Below, piece after piece: positions 17,189 to 27,200 of a stretch of 28,316 nucleotides of DNA. A program made the position numbers and the translations under genes. Source of the stretch: Thermoplasmata archaeon (GTDB lineage: Archaea; Thermoplasmatota; Thermoplasmata; Lutacidiplasmatales; UBA184); contig JAGWLG010000040.1 in assembly GCA_028864975.1 (NCBI GenBank), forward strand, positions 1 through 28,316. Direction: 5' to 3'. Position 1 is the first letter of the stretch, and each line of letters begins with the position of its first letter. Under the pieces are notes generated by a model. The model worked only from the letters and a program-made list of their open reading frames with translations, did not search any database and was not told the DNA's origin.

Positions 17189-17752
17189 CTACATGGAGCG
17201 GAAGAGGTCGGACTGGGTCAGGATTCCCAGGTAGCGCCCACGCTCGGTCACCATGACGGCCGGGGCGTGCCGAAGCAGGAGGGCCGCCACGCGCGCGGGG
17301 GTCGTGGCGTCGACCTGGGGGAAGGGTTCGCGCATCACGTCGCGGACCCTGAGGCGCGGCAGGGTCGCCGAGCGCTGGGGGTCCGCCAGGCACTCTACGA
17401 CCGTGCGGTCGGTTAGCCCCCCGACGACCAGGTCCCCCTCCATGACCGGGAGCTGGCTGACGCCGTGGTGGCGCATCAGATGGGCCGCGTCGGTGAGCAG
17501 GTCGCGGGGACGTGTCGCCACGAGCGTGCGGGTCGCGAGCGCCCCGGCGCTCGCGTCGGGGGAGTCGCGCTCTTCGGACGCTTCCAGGGCCTCCAGCAGG
17601 GCGACCACGTTGCGGTACGAGGGCTCGACCAGGCCTCGCTCGATCTTCGCCACGAGCGACTGGCTGACGTGGGCCTCCCGGGCGAGCTCGCCCTGCGTGA
17701 GACCGAGCCGCACCCTTCTTCGTCGGATCTCTTTGAGCTCGGGAAAGACCAT
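17189..17752 (-). CDS. XRE-HTH + tandem CBS transcriptional regulator (COG3620-like)
   Basis: LTQGELAREAHVSQSLVAKIERG; HGVSQLPV, VRDVM, GILTQSDL. Confidence 0.93.
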   Translation of the reverse strand: MVFPELKEIRRRRVRLGLTQGELAREAHVSQSLVAKIERGLVEPSYRNVVALLEALEASEERDSPDASAGALATRTLVATRPRDLLTDAAHLMRHHGVSQLPVMEGDLVVGGLTDRTVVECLADPQRSATLPRLRVRDVMREPFPQVDATTPARVAALLLRHAPAVMVTERGRYLGILTQSDLFRSM

Positions 17753-17786
17753 GCGGACCTCGGCAGCGGCCAGGGTGGGAGGTCAC

Positions 17787-17800
17787 ATTCCTATAGGAAT
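17787..17800. promoter_or_regulatory. Perfect 14-bp palindrome in the divergent HTH-CBS/thrC promoter region
   Basis: ATTCCTATAGGAAT. TTGATAAT at 17817-17824 is a candidate thrC TATA. Confidence 0.65.
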
Positions 17801-17868
17801 ATTTCGCGCAACGCGGTTGATAATCCACCCCCAGGTAGGTCGTCCCAACGCGCGAGGCGCGAAGGACG

Positions 17869-19251
17869 ATGACGAGCGGAACCACGCCCCAGACGAGCCC
17901 CCCGGACGAACGAACCCCTGCGATCCCCTCTTCGGACCGGCCCGCGCGGCGGTCGAGCCTCGCGCAGGGGCTGGCCTGTGGAGCGTGCGGCGCCGCCTTC
18001 CCGCTCGACGGGCGGACCGCCTGCGAGCGCTGCTTCGGTCCCCTGCAGGTCGTCTACGACCTGGCCCAGCTCCGGGGGTCGCGCCCAGGTCCAGTCCTGC
18101 GCGGGCGTGAGGTCGGCCTCTGGCGCTTCCGAGAGCTCCTCCCTCCCGTATCGCCCTCCTGCGCCGCTCGCCTCTCCGTCGGGAACACCCCGCTGCGGCA
18201 CGCCAAGGAACTGGGCGCGCTCTGGGGACTCGAGGACCTCTGGCTGAAGGATGACACGGTGCTTCCTTCGGGTTCCTTCAAGGACCGTCCCGCTTCGGTC
18301 GCGGTCGCCCGGGCCGCGGACCTCGGGTTCTCTCGCGTCGGCTGCGCCTCCACGGGGAACCTCGCGGCCGCGACCGCCCGGGCCGCCGCCCGGCTGGGAC
18401 TCCCCTGCCAGGTGTTCGTCCCGAAGGACCTCCCCGCCTCCAAGCTCCTCCCGGTCCTCGCCTTCGACGGCCAGATCGTGGAGGTCGACGGGACCTACGA
18501 CGACGCGAACCGGGTCGCGAACCTCCTGGGAGAGCGGGGAGAGGTGGGGCTCGTCAACATCGGGCTGCGTCCGTACTACACGGAGGGGTCGAAGACCCTC
18601 GTCCTCGAGACGCTCGAAGCCCTGGGGTGGGAGAGTCCCGACTGGGTCGGGGTCCCGCTGGGGTCGGGAGCCCTCCTCGCCGCGACGGAGCGTGGGGTCG
18701 ACCAGGTCCGAGACCTGGGATGGCTCGACGGGTCGGGGGGGGACGCTCCCGCCTTGTTCGGTTCCCAGCCGGTCGGATGCGCTCCCATCGCGGACGCCTT
18801 CGCCCGAGGGGACGACCAGATCGTCCCCGTTCGTCGCCCCGACACGATCGCGGAGAGCCTCGCGATCGGGGACCCGGCCTCGGGGTACGAAGCGCTGAGC
18901 GCGATCCGTCGTTCGGGGGGGTTCGCGGACGCCCCGACCTCAGAAGAGGTCCGCTCGGCGATCCTGGAGACCGCCCGCCGCGAGGGCCTCTGGGTCGAGC
19001 CGGCGGGAGGGACGGTCCTCGCCTCGATCAAGCGGAAGCTCGAGCAGGGGGTCATCCACCGCACCGACCGTGTGGTCGCGTTCCTGACCGGCGCGGGATG
19101 GAAGACGCCTCAAGCCCTGGGGGCACCCAGCAGCTGGGCGCGACCGGTGCAGCACCTCCCGGCCGACGCCAGGAACACCGAGGCGCCCCGTCCCTCGCCC
19201 CGTCCGCCCGCGGCTCGCACGGCAACCCCGACGGAGGTGCGCGCATGGTGA
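17869..19251 (+). CDS. thrC: Threonine synthase family PLP enzyme with N-terminal Zn ribbon
   Basis: CGAC..CERC; GSFKDR (PLP Lys); CASTGNLA; RPYYTEGSKT; EPAGG. Confidence 0.9.
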   Translation: MTSGTTPQTSPPDERTPAIPSSDRPARRSSLAQGLACGACGAAFPLDGRTACERCFGPLQVVYDLAQLRGSRPGPVLRGREVGLWRFRELLPPVSPSCAARLSVGNTPLRHAKELGALWGLEDLWLKDDTVLPSGSFKDRPASVAVARAADLGFSRVGCASTGNLAAATARAAARLGLPCQVFVPKDLPASKLLPVLAFDGQIVEVDGTYDDANRVANLLGERGEVGLVNIGLRPYYTEGSKTLVLETLEALGWESPDWVGVPLGSGALLAATERGVDQVRDLGWLDGSGGDAPALFGSQPVGCAPIADAFARGDDQIVPVRRPDTIAESLAIGDPASGYEALSAIRRSGGFADAPTSEEVRSAILETARREGLWVEPAGGTVLASIKRKLEQGVIHRTDRVVAFLTGAGWKTPQALGAPSSWARPVQHLPADARNTEAPRPSPRPPAARTATPTEVRAW

Positions 19252-19523
19252 GCGTCTGCTTCGCCTCCGCTCTGCGGAGCGTCGCCCGGGGGCAGGCGGA
19301 GGTCGATCTCCCCGGCTTCGAGGGAGACCTCCGTGGGCTTCTGCAGGCGCTCTCCCATCAGGTGGGTCCTGCGCTGGGGGAGAGGCTCCTCGAGCAAGGT
19401 CGCATCCGCCGCTTCGTCAACGTGTACGTCGACGGCCTGGACGTGAGGTTCAGCGGCGGCCTCGAGACGCCTGTCCCGAAGGGGGCGACCGTGGACTTCA
19501 TCCCGGCCGTCGCGGGAGGGTGA
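19245..19523 (+). CDS. Ubiquitin-like MoaD/ThiS/SAMP protein 2
   Basis: GGAGG SD and ATG 19245 overlapping the thrC stop; RRFVNVYVDG; C-terminal PAVAGG. Confidence 0.93.
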   Translation: MVSVCFASALRSVARGQAEVDLPGFEGDLRGLLQALSHQVGPALGERLLEQGRIRRFVNVYVDGLDVRFSGGLETPVPKGATVDFIPAVAGG

Positions 19524-19524
19524 G

Positions 19525-20784
19525 ATGGGGCAGGAGGGGACACCGACCTCCCCGGGGGGGCCTCGCCCTGGACCTCGGGGGCCCTCGCCGCGCAGGGTCC
19601 TGCTCCTCGGTTTCGGGCACGTCGGTCGCGCGGTCGCCGAGCGGCTCCTTGAGGAGGGGCACGGAGACCCCGACTTCCCCTGGAGGGTGGTCGGCATCGT
19701 AGATTCCCGGGGTGCGCTGATCGATGAGGCGGGCGTCGACCTCCGTGCCGCCCTCTCCTCGAAGACCACCGCCGGTCGCTTGGAGGGTCCCACCTGGCGG
19801 GATTGGGACGCGCTCCAGGCGCTGGACGAACTTCGCCCCGAGGTCGTGGTCGAGGTCTCCGTCGCCGACCCCGTGAGGGGAGAGCCCGGGACCACCCACG
19901 TCCTCGCCGCCCTCGACGCCGGTGCCGACGTCGTCGCGTCCAACAAGGGCCCGTTCGCCCTCCGTCACCGAGAGGTCTTGGCGGCGGTCGCCCGGACGGG
20001 CCGTCGGGTCCGCTACGGCACCACGGTCGGGGGGATCGTACCGATCCTCGAGACCCTCGTGGAGCGTCTGCCGACCGCCGAGGTGACCCAGGTGCGGGCG
20101 GTGCTCAACGGCACGACGCAGTTCGTGCTCGACCGCATCGCCCAGGGGGCCTCCTTCGATGACGCGGTAGGCGAGGCCCGTCGAACGGGGCTCGCCGAGC
20201 CGGACCCCTCCTGGGACCTGGACGGCCACGATGCGGCGCTCAAGGCCGCGATCCTCCACAACGCGCTTTTCACCCCCCCGATCACCGCCGCCGAGGTTCC
20301 TCGGGACCCGCTCGGCCCGGACCTGATCCCCCGGCTCCAGAAGCTTCGCTCCGAAGGGAAGGGGGTGGCCTTCGTGACGACGGTGAGGGCGGGGTCGGCC
20401 GAGGTCCGATGCGAAGAGGTCCGTGCGGGGAGCCCGTGGTCCGAAGGAGGACCGGCTAACGTGTTCGAGATCTCCACGCGGAGGGTCGGGACCCTACTCC
20501 TGCAAGGCCGTGGAGCGGGGCCGCAAGCCACGGCGACGGGGGTTCTCGCGGACCTGACCTCCCTCGAAGCCCTCTCCGGGCACGACGGACCTAGGTTGCG
20601 CGGGTCGGCTTGGATCGAGCGCTCCCAGTGGCCTCCACGCCCCCCGGTGGAGCGCGACACCACCCCGGTGACCCACGACTTCGTCCATCCTGCCGTGCGG
20701 GCGAGTTGGAGTGTGCCCCGCCCCCCTCCGACGCTGCCTTCGGCTGCCGCGGCAGAAGCGTTCGAGGAGGTGCGGCCGTGGTGA
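19525..20784 (+). CDS. hom: Homoserine dehydrogenase (no ACT domain)
   Basis: LLGFGHVG, VVASNKGP, VGGIVP, LNGTT, AEPDPSWDLDGHDAALK, GRGAG..TA. Confidence 0.93.
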   Translation: MGQEGTPTSPGGPRPGPRGPSPRRVLLLGFGHVGRAVAERLLEEGHGDPDFPWRVVGIVDSRGALIDEAGVDLRAALSSKTTAGRLEGPTWRDWDALQALDELRPEVVVEVSVADPVRGEPGTTHVLAALDAGADVVASNKGPFALRHREVLAAVARTGRRVRYGTTVGGIVPILETLVERLPTAEVTQVRAVLNGTTQFVLDRIAQGASFDDAVGEARRTGLAEPDPSWDLDGHDAALKAAILHNALFTPPITAAEVPRDPLGPDLIPRLQKLRSEGKGVAFVTTVRAGSAEVRCEEVRAGSPWSEGGPANVFEISTRRVGTLLLQGRGAGPQATATGVLADLTSLEALSGHDGPRLRGSAWIERSQWPPRPPVERDTTPVTHDFVHPAVRASWSVPRPPPTLPSAAAAEAFEEVRPW

Positions 20785-21848
20785 CCCCGGCGCTGGCAGG
20801 GACGGCCCCGCTCGGCCCGAGGTTCGAGGAGCCCGCAGCCCCCAACCCCGCGATCCGCGCATGCTCGAGGAAGGCCAAGGCCCCGCCGCTTCCCGACCTC
20901 GTCCCTCCCGGCGAGCACCCCACCTCGGTGCGCGTGCGGGCCCCTCTCAGCATCGCGAACGTCGGACCTGGCTTCGACCATTTCGGCCTCTGCCTCGAGG
21001 GCCCTGCGGACGTGCTCGAGCTTCGGACCTCCCGTGCCTCCGGGCTCGAGGTCTACGGCGACGCTGTCGTCCCGCGGGACCTGCGTCGCAACGTAGCGAC
21101 CGTCGCGGCCCAGGAGGTCTACCGTCAGAGCGGGCTCAGGTTCCGGGTGGAGGCGCGGCTCTTCAAGGGCTACCATGGCGGAAGCGGTATCGGCTCCAGC
21201 GGGGCTTCGGCGGTCGCCGGCGCCCTCGCGGCCGCCGCGCTGCTCGGACTGGACCCTCGGGAGGGACCGACCCTGGACCTGGTCGTTCACGCGGCGTTGT
21301 GCGGCGAGCGGGTGGCCTCGGGCAGTGCCCACCTCGACAACGTGGCGGCGAGCCTCTTCGGAGGTTTCGTCCTCGTGGAGGGGTTGGACCCTCCCATCGT
21401 CCATCGGCTGCCGACCCCCGACGGAGCCCGGATCATCGTGGCGCTACCCACCCTACGGGTCTCCACATCCAAGGCCCGGGCCCTCTTGCCCGCGACCGTC
21501 CCGCACCAGGACGCGGTCGCGAACGTGGCGAGGGCGAGCGCGCTCGTCCATGGATTGCTCACCGGCGACCTGGAGCAGGTGGGACGCAATCTTTCTGACC
21601 GGCTGGCGGAGCCCTACCGGGAGCCCCTGGTCCCGGGGCTCGCCTCCGCGAAGCAGGCCGCCCTCGAGGCGGGTGCCTGGGGCGTCGCCCTGGCGGGGAG
21701 CGGGCCCGCTGTCTTCGCCCTCGGTCCCCCGGACCGGACGGAGGCCGTGGGGGCAGCCCTTCGAGAAGGGTTTGGACGCGCCGGGGTCCCTTGCCACACC
21801 TTCACGAGCCAGGTGGGGGAGGGGGCTTCTCTGGTGGGTTGGAGCTAG
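20778..21848 (+). CDS. thrB: Homoserine kinase (GHMP family)
   Basis: SIANVGPGFD, GIGSSGAS, HLDNVAASLFGG, LAGSGP. GGAGG 7 nt before GTG 20778. Confidence 0.93.
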   Translation: MVTPALAGTAPLGPRFEEPAAPNPAIRACSRKAKAPPLPDLVPPGEHPTSVRVRAPLSIANVGPGFDHFGLCLEGPADVLELRTSRASGLEVYGDAVVPRDLRRNVATVAAQEVYRQSGLRFRVEARLFKGYHGGSGIGSSGASAVAGALAAAALLGLDPREGPTLDLVVHAALCGERVASGSAHLDNVAASLFGGFVLVEGLDPPIVHRLPTPDGARIIVALPTLRVSTSKARALLPATVPHQDAVANVARASALVHGLLTGDLEQVGRNLSDRLAEPYREPLVPGLASAKQAALEAGAWGVALAGSGPAVFALGPPDRTEAVGAALREGFGRAGVPCHTFTSQVGEGASLVGWS

Positions 21849-24168
21849 GGAGGGCTCGACGATCCGAGGGGAGAAGGGACGAGGTTCCGCCGTCGCCCTG
21901 CGACAGTGCCCTCTGAGCGGCCTCGGGAGGTCGCTCCGCGCGCCAGGGTCCCGTGAGCGATCGCTCGACCAAGGGGTCCGCCGTCGTCGCAAGGCCCCTC
22001 GGGACTCCTGGCGGCGGAGTGGAGGAGGCGCCGGTGGCGGCGTGGAGCGGAAGCGTGAAATGGAATCGGGACCCCTTCCCCGCCTCTCCCGAGCTTTCGA
22101 CCCAGATGCGCCCTCCGTGGCGCTCGACGACCTTCTTGCAGATGGCCAGCCCGATCCCGGTCCCGGGGTACTCCTGACGAGTATGCAATCTCTGGAAGAT
22201 CGCGAAGATCCGTTCGTGGTACTCGGGAGCGATGCCGATCCCGTGGTCCTCGAGGACGAAGTGCCAGGAGCCCTCTTCCTGCACGGCCGAACAGCGAACC
22301 CAGGGGCGCAGCTCACCATGGAACTTGATCGCGTTGCCCGCGAGGTTCTGGAAGAGCTGGAGGAGCTGGGTGCGGTCCCCCTGGACCGTGGGGAGCTCCC
22401 CCCGGGCCACCTCCGCATGGGATTCTTGGATCGCGGGGAGCAGATTCGTCAGCGCCAGGTCGAAGACCTCGTTCAGGTTCACATCGCCCCACGGCGCGGC
22501 CGAGCGGTTCAGGCGAGAGTACGCGAGGAGGTCGTCGATGAGCTGGCTCATGCGCTTCGCGCCCTCCGTGGCGTAATTGATGAACTCGTTCGCTTCGGCG
22601 TCCAGACGGTCCTGGTATCTCGTCTGGAGGAGCTGGGTGAAGCTCGCGACCATCCGGAGCGGTTCCTGCAGGTCGTGCGAGGCCACGTAGGCGAACTGCT
22701 GGAGCTCCCGGTTCGACCGGACCAGTTCGGCCTCCCTCTGCTTCAGCGCCGAGATCAGGGCCATGCGCTCGGTGTCGTCCTGGGCCGTGCCCACCATGCG
22801 CACCGGCTTGCCGTCGCGCACCTCCACCACCTTCCCCCGCCCGATGACCCAGCGCACTTCTCCGGTCGGAAGTCGGATCCGGAAGTGGCTCGCGGACTCG
22901 GGGGCCGAGAGGGCCTTCGGGTCGCTCGCGATCTGACGCAGCCCGGCCTGGCTCATTTCGCGGTCCTCGGAGACCGTACGCTCGTAGGCTTTCTCGAGGG
23001 TCACCTCGAACCGCTCCTTCCCGAACCCGTAGATCTCGAACATCTCGTCGGACCAGGTGATCTTGCCGGTGGAGAGGTCATAGTCCCAGCTCCCTAGCCG
23101 TGCGATGGCCTCGGCGTCGGAAAGGAGCTTGGTCCGCTCCCGGACCTTCTCCTCGAGGTTCTGCCTCGCGCTCTCGGCCGCCTCCTCGGCCTTCTCGTGC
23201 TGGAGCACCTCCGCCGCAGCGAGCAACGCGGCGGCAATGATCGACCCGATGTAGAGGCGAAGGGAGAACAGGTCGGAGAGGGGGGCCATCGCGGCGAACG
23301 GTCCGCGACCCAGTACGGTCCCGGTGATCGCTACCAGGGAAACGGCCGTGGCCGAAACGGCGGCTCCCAGCGACCGGTACCGTAGAGCTGCCCAAAGGAC
23401 CGGCGGGAGCAGGAGCAGAGCGGTTCCGGAGACGCCTCGATAGGGGAACGCCGATGTCAAGAAGACCACCCCGCTGAGCAGCGAGACCACCAGGGCCACC
23501 ACGAAGGTCTCCCCCGCCGTGCGCCCCGCGATGGCCCTTCGCAGCCCGTTCCGGCCTTGGGCCAAGAGGATCAGGAGCGGTGTGAACTCGAGCGCGCCCA
23601 CCGCATCTCCCAGCCACCACGTCGACCAGAGGGAAGAGTAGTTCGCGATCGAAGCGAGATGAGCGGCCACCAGAGCCGCGGCCCCAATGGTCGCCGCGAT
23701 ACTGGTCGCGACAAGGGCCCCAAGCCCGAGGAAGATCAGGATGTCCCGAGGCTGCTCGGTGAAGCGGGTCCCCCGCGCGAACCGGATCGTGAGGTAGGCC
23801 GCCACGAGCCCTTCCAGCGTGTCGCCTCCGGCAATGACGATCGAGCTCCAGGGGTCCCCCGTGGTCCAAACGTTGGCGAGGAAGGAGGCGACCGCGATCG
23901 CCGGCCAAACATCGTAGCCCAAGACAAGGAAGAGGGCGATCGCGACCCCGGAGGCCGGCCAGAAGACCGAGACGCTCGCGTTGCTCACGGCGAGGAGGAG
24001 GCCGAGCTTGGCGGCCGCAAGGTATCCCGCCCCAGAGCCTAAGAGGATCAGGCCGGTGCGGACGGTGGAGCGCAGGTCAGGAGACGACCGATCTGTTGCC
24101 GAAGGGTTGGCGTGGGGGTCTTCTGCCGTCGGACCCAGAGGCGTGCGCCCCGGTGCCTCGGTCATCAT
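21802..24168 (-). CDS. MASE1-PAS sensor histidine kinase
   Basis: MASE1-type TM region (FWPASG, WWLGDAVG), PAS (GSWDYDL..WSDE), H-box SHDLQEPLR, N/G boxes (NAIKF, DHGIGI, GTGIGL). Confidence 0.93.
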   Translation of the reverse strand: MMTEAPGRTPLGPTAEDPHANPSATDRSSPDLRSTVRTGLILLGSGAGYLAAAKLGLLLAVSNASVSVFWPASGVAIALFLVLGYDVWPAIAVASFLANVWTTGDPWSSIVIAGGDTLEGLVAAYLTIRFARGTRFTEQPRDILIFLGLGALVATSIAATIGAAALVAAHLASIANYSSLWSTWWLGDAVGALEFTPLLILLAQGRNGLRRAIAGRTAGETFVVALVVSLLSGVVFLTSAFPYRGVSGTALLLLPPVLWAALRYRSLGAAVSATAVSLVAITGTVLGRGPFAAMAPLSDLFSLRLYIGSIIAAALLAAAEVLQHEKAEEAAESARQNLEEKVRERTKLLSDAEAIARLGSWDYDLSTGKITWSDEMFEIYGFGKERFEVTLEKAYERTVSEDREMSQAGLRQIASDPKALSAPESASHFRIRLPTGEVRWVIGRGKVVEVRDGKPVRMVGTAQDDTERMALISALKQREAELVRSNRELQQFAYVASHDLQEPLRMVASFTQLLQTRYQDRLDAEANEFINYATEGAKRMSQLIDDLLAYSRLNRSAAPWGDVNLNEVFDLALTNLLPAIQESHAEVARGELPTVQGDRTQLLQLFQNLAGNAIKFHGELRPWVRCSAVQEEGSWHFVLEDHGIGIAPEYHERIFAIFQRLHTRQEYPGTGIGLAICKKVVERHGGRIWVESSGEAGKGSRFHFTLPLHAATGASSTPPPGVPRGLATTADPLVERSLTGPWRAERPPEAAQRALSQGDGGTSSLLPSDRRALPSSNPPEKPPPPPGS

Positions 24169-24221
24169 CCACGCTCCGCCGCAAACACCAGGGTGACCTC
24201 GAGGCCGCGAGCGCGGAAGTC

Positions 24222-24235
24222 CCTTACCGGTAAGG
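24222..24235. promoter_or_regulatory. Perfect 14-bp palindrome between the divergent kinase and surface-protein genes
   Basis: CCTTACCGGTAAGG. TTAAGTA TATA-like box near 24263, about 27 nt before ATG 24296. Confidence 0.5.
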
Positions 24236-24295
24236 TGCCGTCGTCCCGCGCCCTAGAGTGGTTAAGTAGGGGGGAACTTCAGCACATGCCACGGC

Positions 24296-27200
24296 ATGAC
24301 GCGCTCCGACCCTCATCCGTGCGGACGAGCCACGACCAAACGTAACCTGACCCTGGGATGGATCGGCCTCGCCATCGTCCTGGCGGGTTTCGCCCCCGCG
24401 GTCCTGCTTTCGACGGCGTCGTCCGCCCCTTCCGCCCCGCACGTCATCACCCCCTCGGTGGTCCACGTTCACGGGCACATGATGCCCACGATCGCCGGCT
24501 CCGCGCTCGCGAAGCAGGGGGCCACCTCGACCTGGTGCCTGGGGCTCTACCCGACGCCGAACATCTCCTACACGCCCGGTTGCTACGGCCACGACGAGCC
24601 GACCATCTCCTACATGTCCAGTGCGGCGAGCAGCGGGGCCGACGCCAGCTGGTGGGAGGTCCTGCCCAAGAACGGAGCCACGTTGGAACAAGGCGACCTC
24701 TACGCCACCTTCTGGTACGGCGGGACGGTCAAGGACTCGGCTAGTCTGAACGGCGTGGCCTTCCTCGAGTGGCAGTTCTACCCGCTCGCCCCCGCGGCGA
24801 CGGGTGCGGGATCGGGGACGACCGACTGCGGTGCGGGCGGGAACTTCAACGGCAACTATCCGTCGACCGACCTCTGGTTCAGCTGTGTCATCGTCTGGGA
24901 GGTCGTCGGGTCGAACGAGCAGGCGGCCTACGCGGGGCCGGTCGACTACTGGACGGGAGGCGCGGACTCCACCGCCATCCTCGAGATGCACTCGGGCGAC
25001 CAGATCTACGCGAACTACACGGGTTCGCCAACGGGGACGGGCTGGACGATGACGCTCCACGATCTCAACACCGGCCAGTTCGGCCAGACCTCCCTTTCAG
25101 GTTCCCTCTGCGTCTCGACGGGATGTCCTCTCAACCCCGACACGGGAGTGGCAACGTGGTGCCAGCTCTCCTGGGGGGCGAGCTGCCCCGGCCAGGTCGC
25201 GTGGGCCTACGAGATAGGCCACTCCCTGAACCCGGCGGCAGGGGCGAGCTGCAACCCCGGCGATGGTACGTGCGACAGCTACAACCCGACCGCATGGACC
25301 TCCGTGGGGCAGAACGAGATCTCCCTCCCCGTCCTGGGCGTCCCAAGCGCGCGCGAGTACCCGCTGCGCTTCGGATTCTCCTCGTCCCAGGGGGGCCTGA
25401 CCGAAGTCAACGGAAGCGCCGGTTGCCCCGGTGGCGTCAACTGTGTCTATCCGTGGTACATCTACCAGTCCCAGGACTACTCGTTCACCTACCAGGCCAG
25501 CGCCTCCTCGAACAACACGTACGACTACGGGAACGCGAACCAGTACTCGACGACCTCGAACATCCACAAGGACTGGACCCCGCCGTACGCCAACGTCACC
25601 TTCGTGATCAACAAGGGCACGGCCGTGATCACGGCGAACCCGGGAAGGATCAATCAGACCGGAGGGGCGTACACCGCGGGGAACCTCTCGAGCGAGTTCG
25701 CGACGGGGACCTACCAGATCGGGGCGACCGCCGCGGGATGCGTCGGCTATTCCCAGAGCTGGTACTTCAAAGCCGGCGTAGCCTACACGGTGAACATCAA
25801 CCTGCTCTGCGGCGGGCCGGTCACCAACGTCGACTTCTTCACGAGCCCTTCAAGCTGCGGGAGCATCAGTTTCAACAGCGCGACCTACACGAACGGACAG
25901 ACCGGGGTCTTCTCCCCGGGGACGTACCCCGTGAGCGCCACGCCGTGCGCAGGTTACACCTCCGGGACGCTGACAGGAACAGGGTCCGTCTCCATCACCG
26001 GCGGCACGGCCACGACGGTGGCGGGTCAGGGTAGCGTCTGGGCGAACTTCACCGCGGTCAACCCCAAGTTCACCGTGTCGTTCTCCGTCTCCCCCGCGGG
26101 ACGCGGCGACGGCATCCTCTTCAACGGCACCAAATGGTACAACGGCCAGTCCGGGAGCTTCCTCGCGGGGCCCTACGCGGTCGCGGCGGCACCGGTCGCC
26201 GGATGGAAGTTCGCAGGATGGACCTCCTCCGGAGGCGTCGGTCCCGTGGTCGGGGGCACCGCCACCGTCACCGGGGCGGGTTCGATCACCGCGACCTACA
26301 CCGCGCTGGGGACCGTGCGTTTCGTGGTGATCCCGTCGACGACGTGCGCCGCCTCGATCTCGTTCAACGCCACCTCGTACGTCAGCGGGCAGCAGGGGAC
26401 GTTCGCCTCGGCAGGAACCACCTACCCCCTCGTCGCGGGCACCTGTCCAGGGTACGGGTTCACGGACTGGACCGCGACCTCGGGGCTCACGCTCGCCAGC
26501 TCGACCCTCGCCTCGACGACGGGGACCTTGAACGACAACGCGACGCTCACCGCGAACTATGCGGCCGTGCCGCTCTACACCGTCACGTTCTCGCTCACGG
26601 CGACCTGCACGATGCTCTTCAACGGCACGAGCGAGATCTCGGGAGCGCAAGCCACGGTCTACGCGGGGACCTACCCCGTCCAGGCGGCGTCGTGCACCTA
26701 CTACGCGTTCTCCAGCTGGTCGGGCACCAGCACGATCACCATCGCCTCCCCCACGAGCGGCTCGACGACCGTGACGGTGAGCGGCAACGGCACGCTCACG
26801 GGGTCCTTCACGCAGGTCGCCTTCCCGGTACGACTCCAGGTCTACCCCACGTCGTGCACGGGGGTCCAGGTGAAGATCGGGACCGGGACGTACACGAACG
26901 GGCAGACCGCCTACCTGGCCTCCGGGAGCTACACGGTGGTCGCGGGCACCTGTGCGGGAGAGGCTCCGACGCCCACCTTCCAAGTGGGAGGAGGGACCCA
27001 CCTCTCGATCAGTGCGGGCAGCCTGACCGTGTCGGGCGGCGGGGGCACGCTCACGGTGACCTACCTGGGGCTGCTTCGGGCCTCGCTGAGCGGTCCCACG
27101 ACCACGACGGTCGGGAGCTCCGTCGAGTTCACCGCATCGATGACGGGAGGGCTCTCGCCCTACTCGCTCACGTGGACGATGGGCGACGGCTCCGCCTCGC

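Noticed and set aside
1669-19523. Functional link between psmB and the two Ubls (SAMP-proteasome system)
   Set aside because: About 14 kb apart with unrelated operons in between; no E1, JAMM or PAN gene in the window.
19232-20784. thrC and hom both end in EVRxW*
   Set aside because: Explained by the overlapping GGAGGTG SD plus start/stop junction, not a protein motif.
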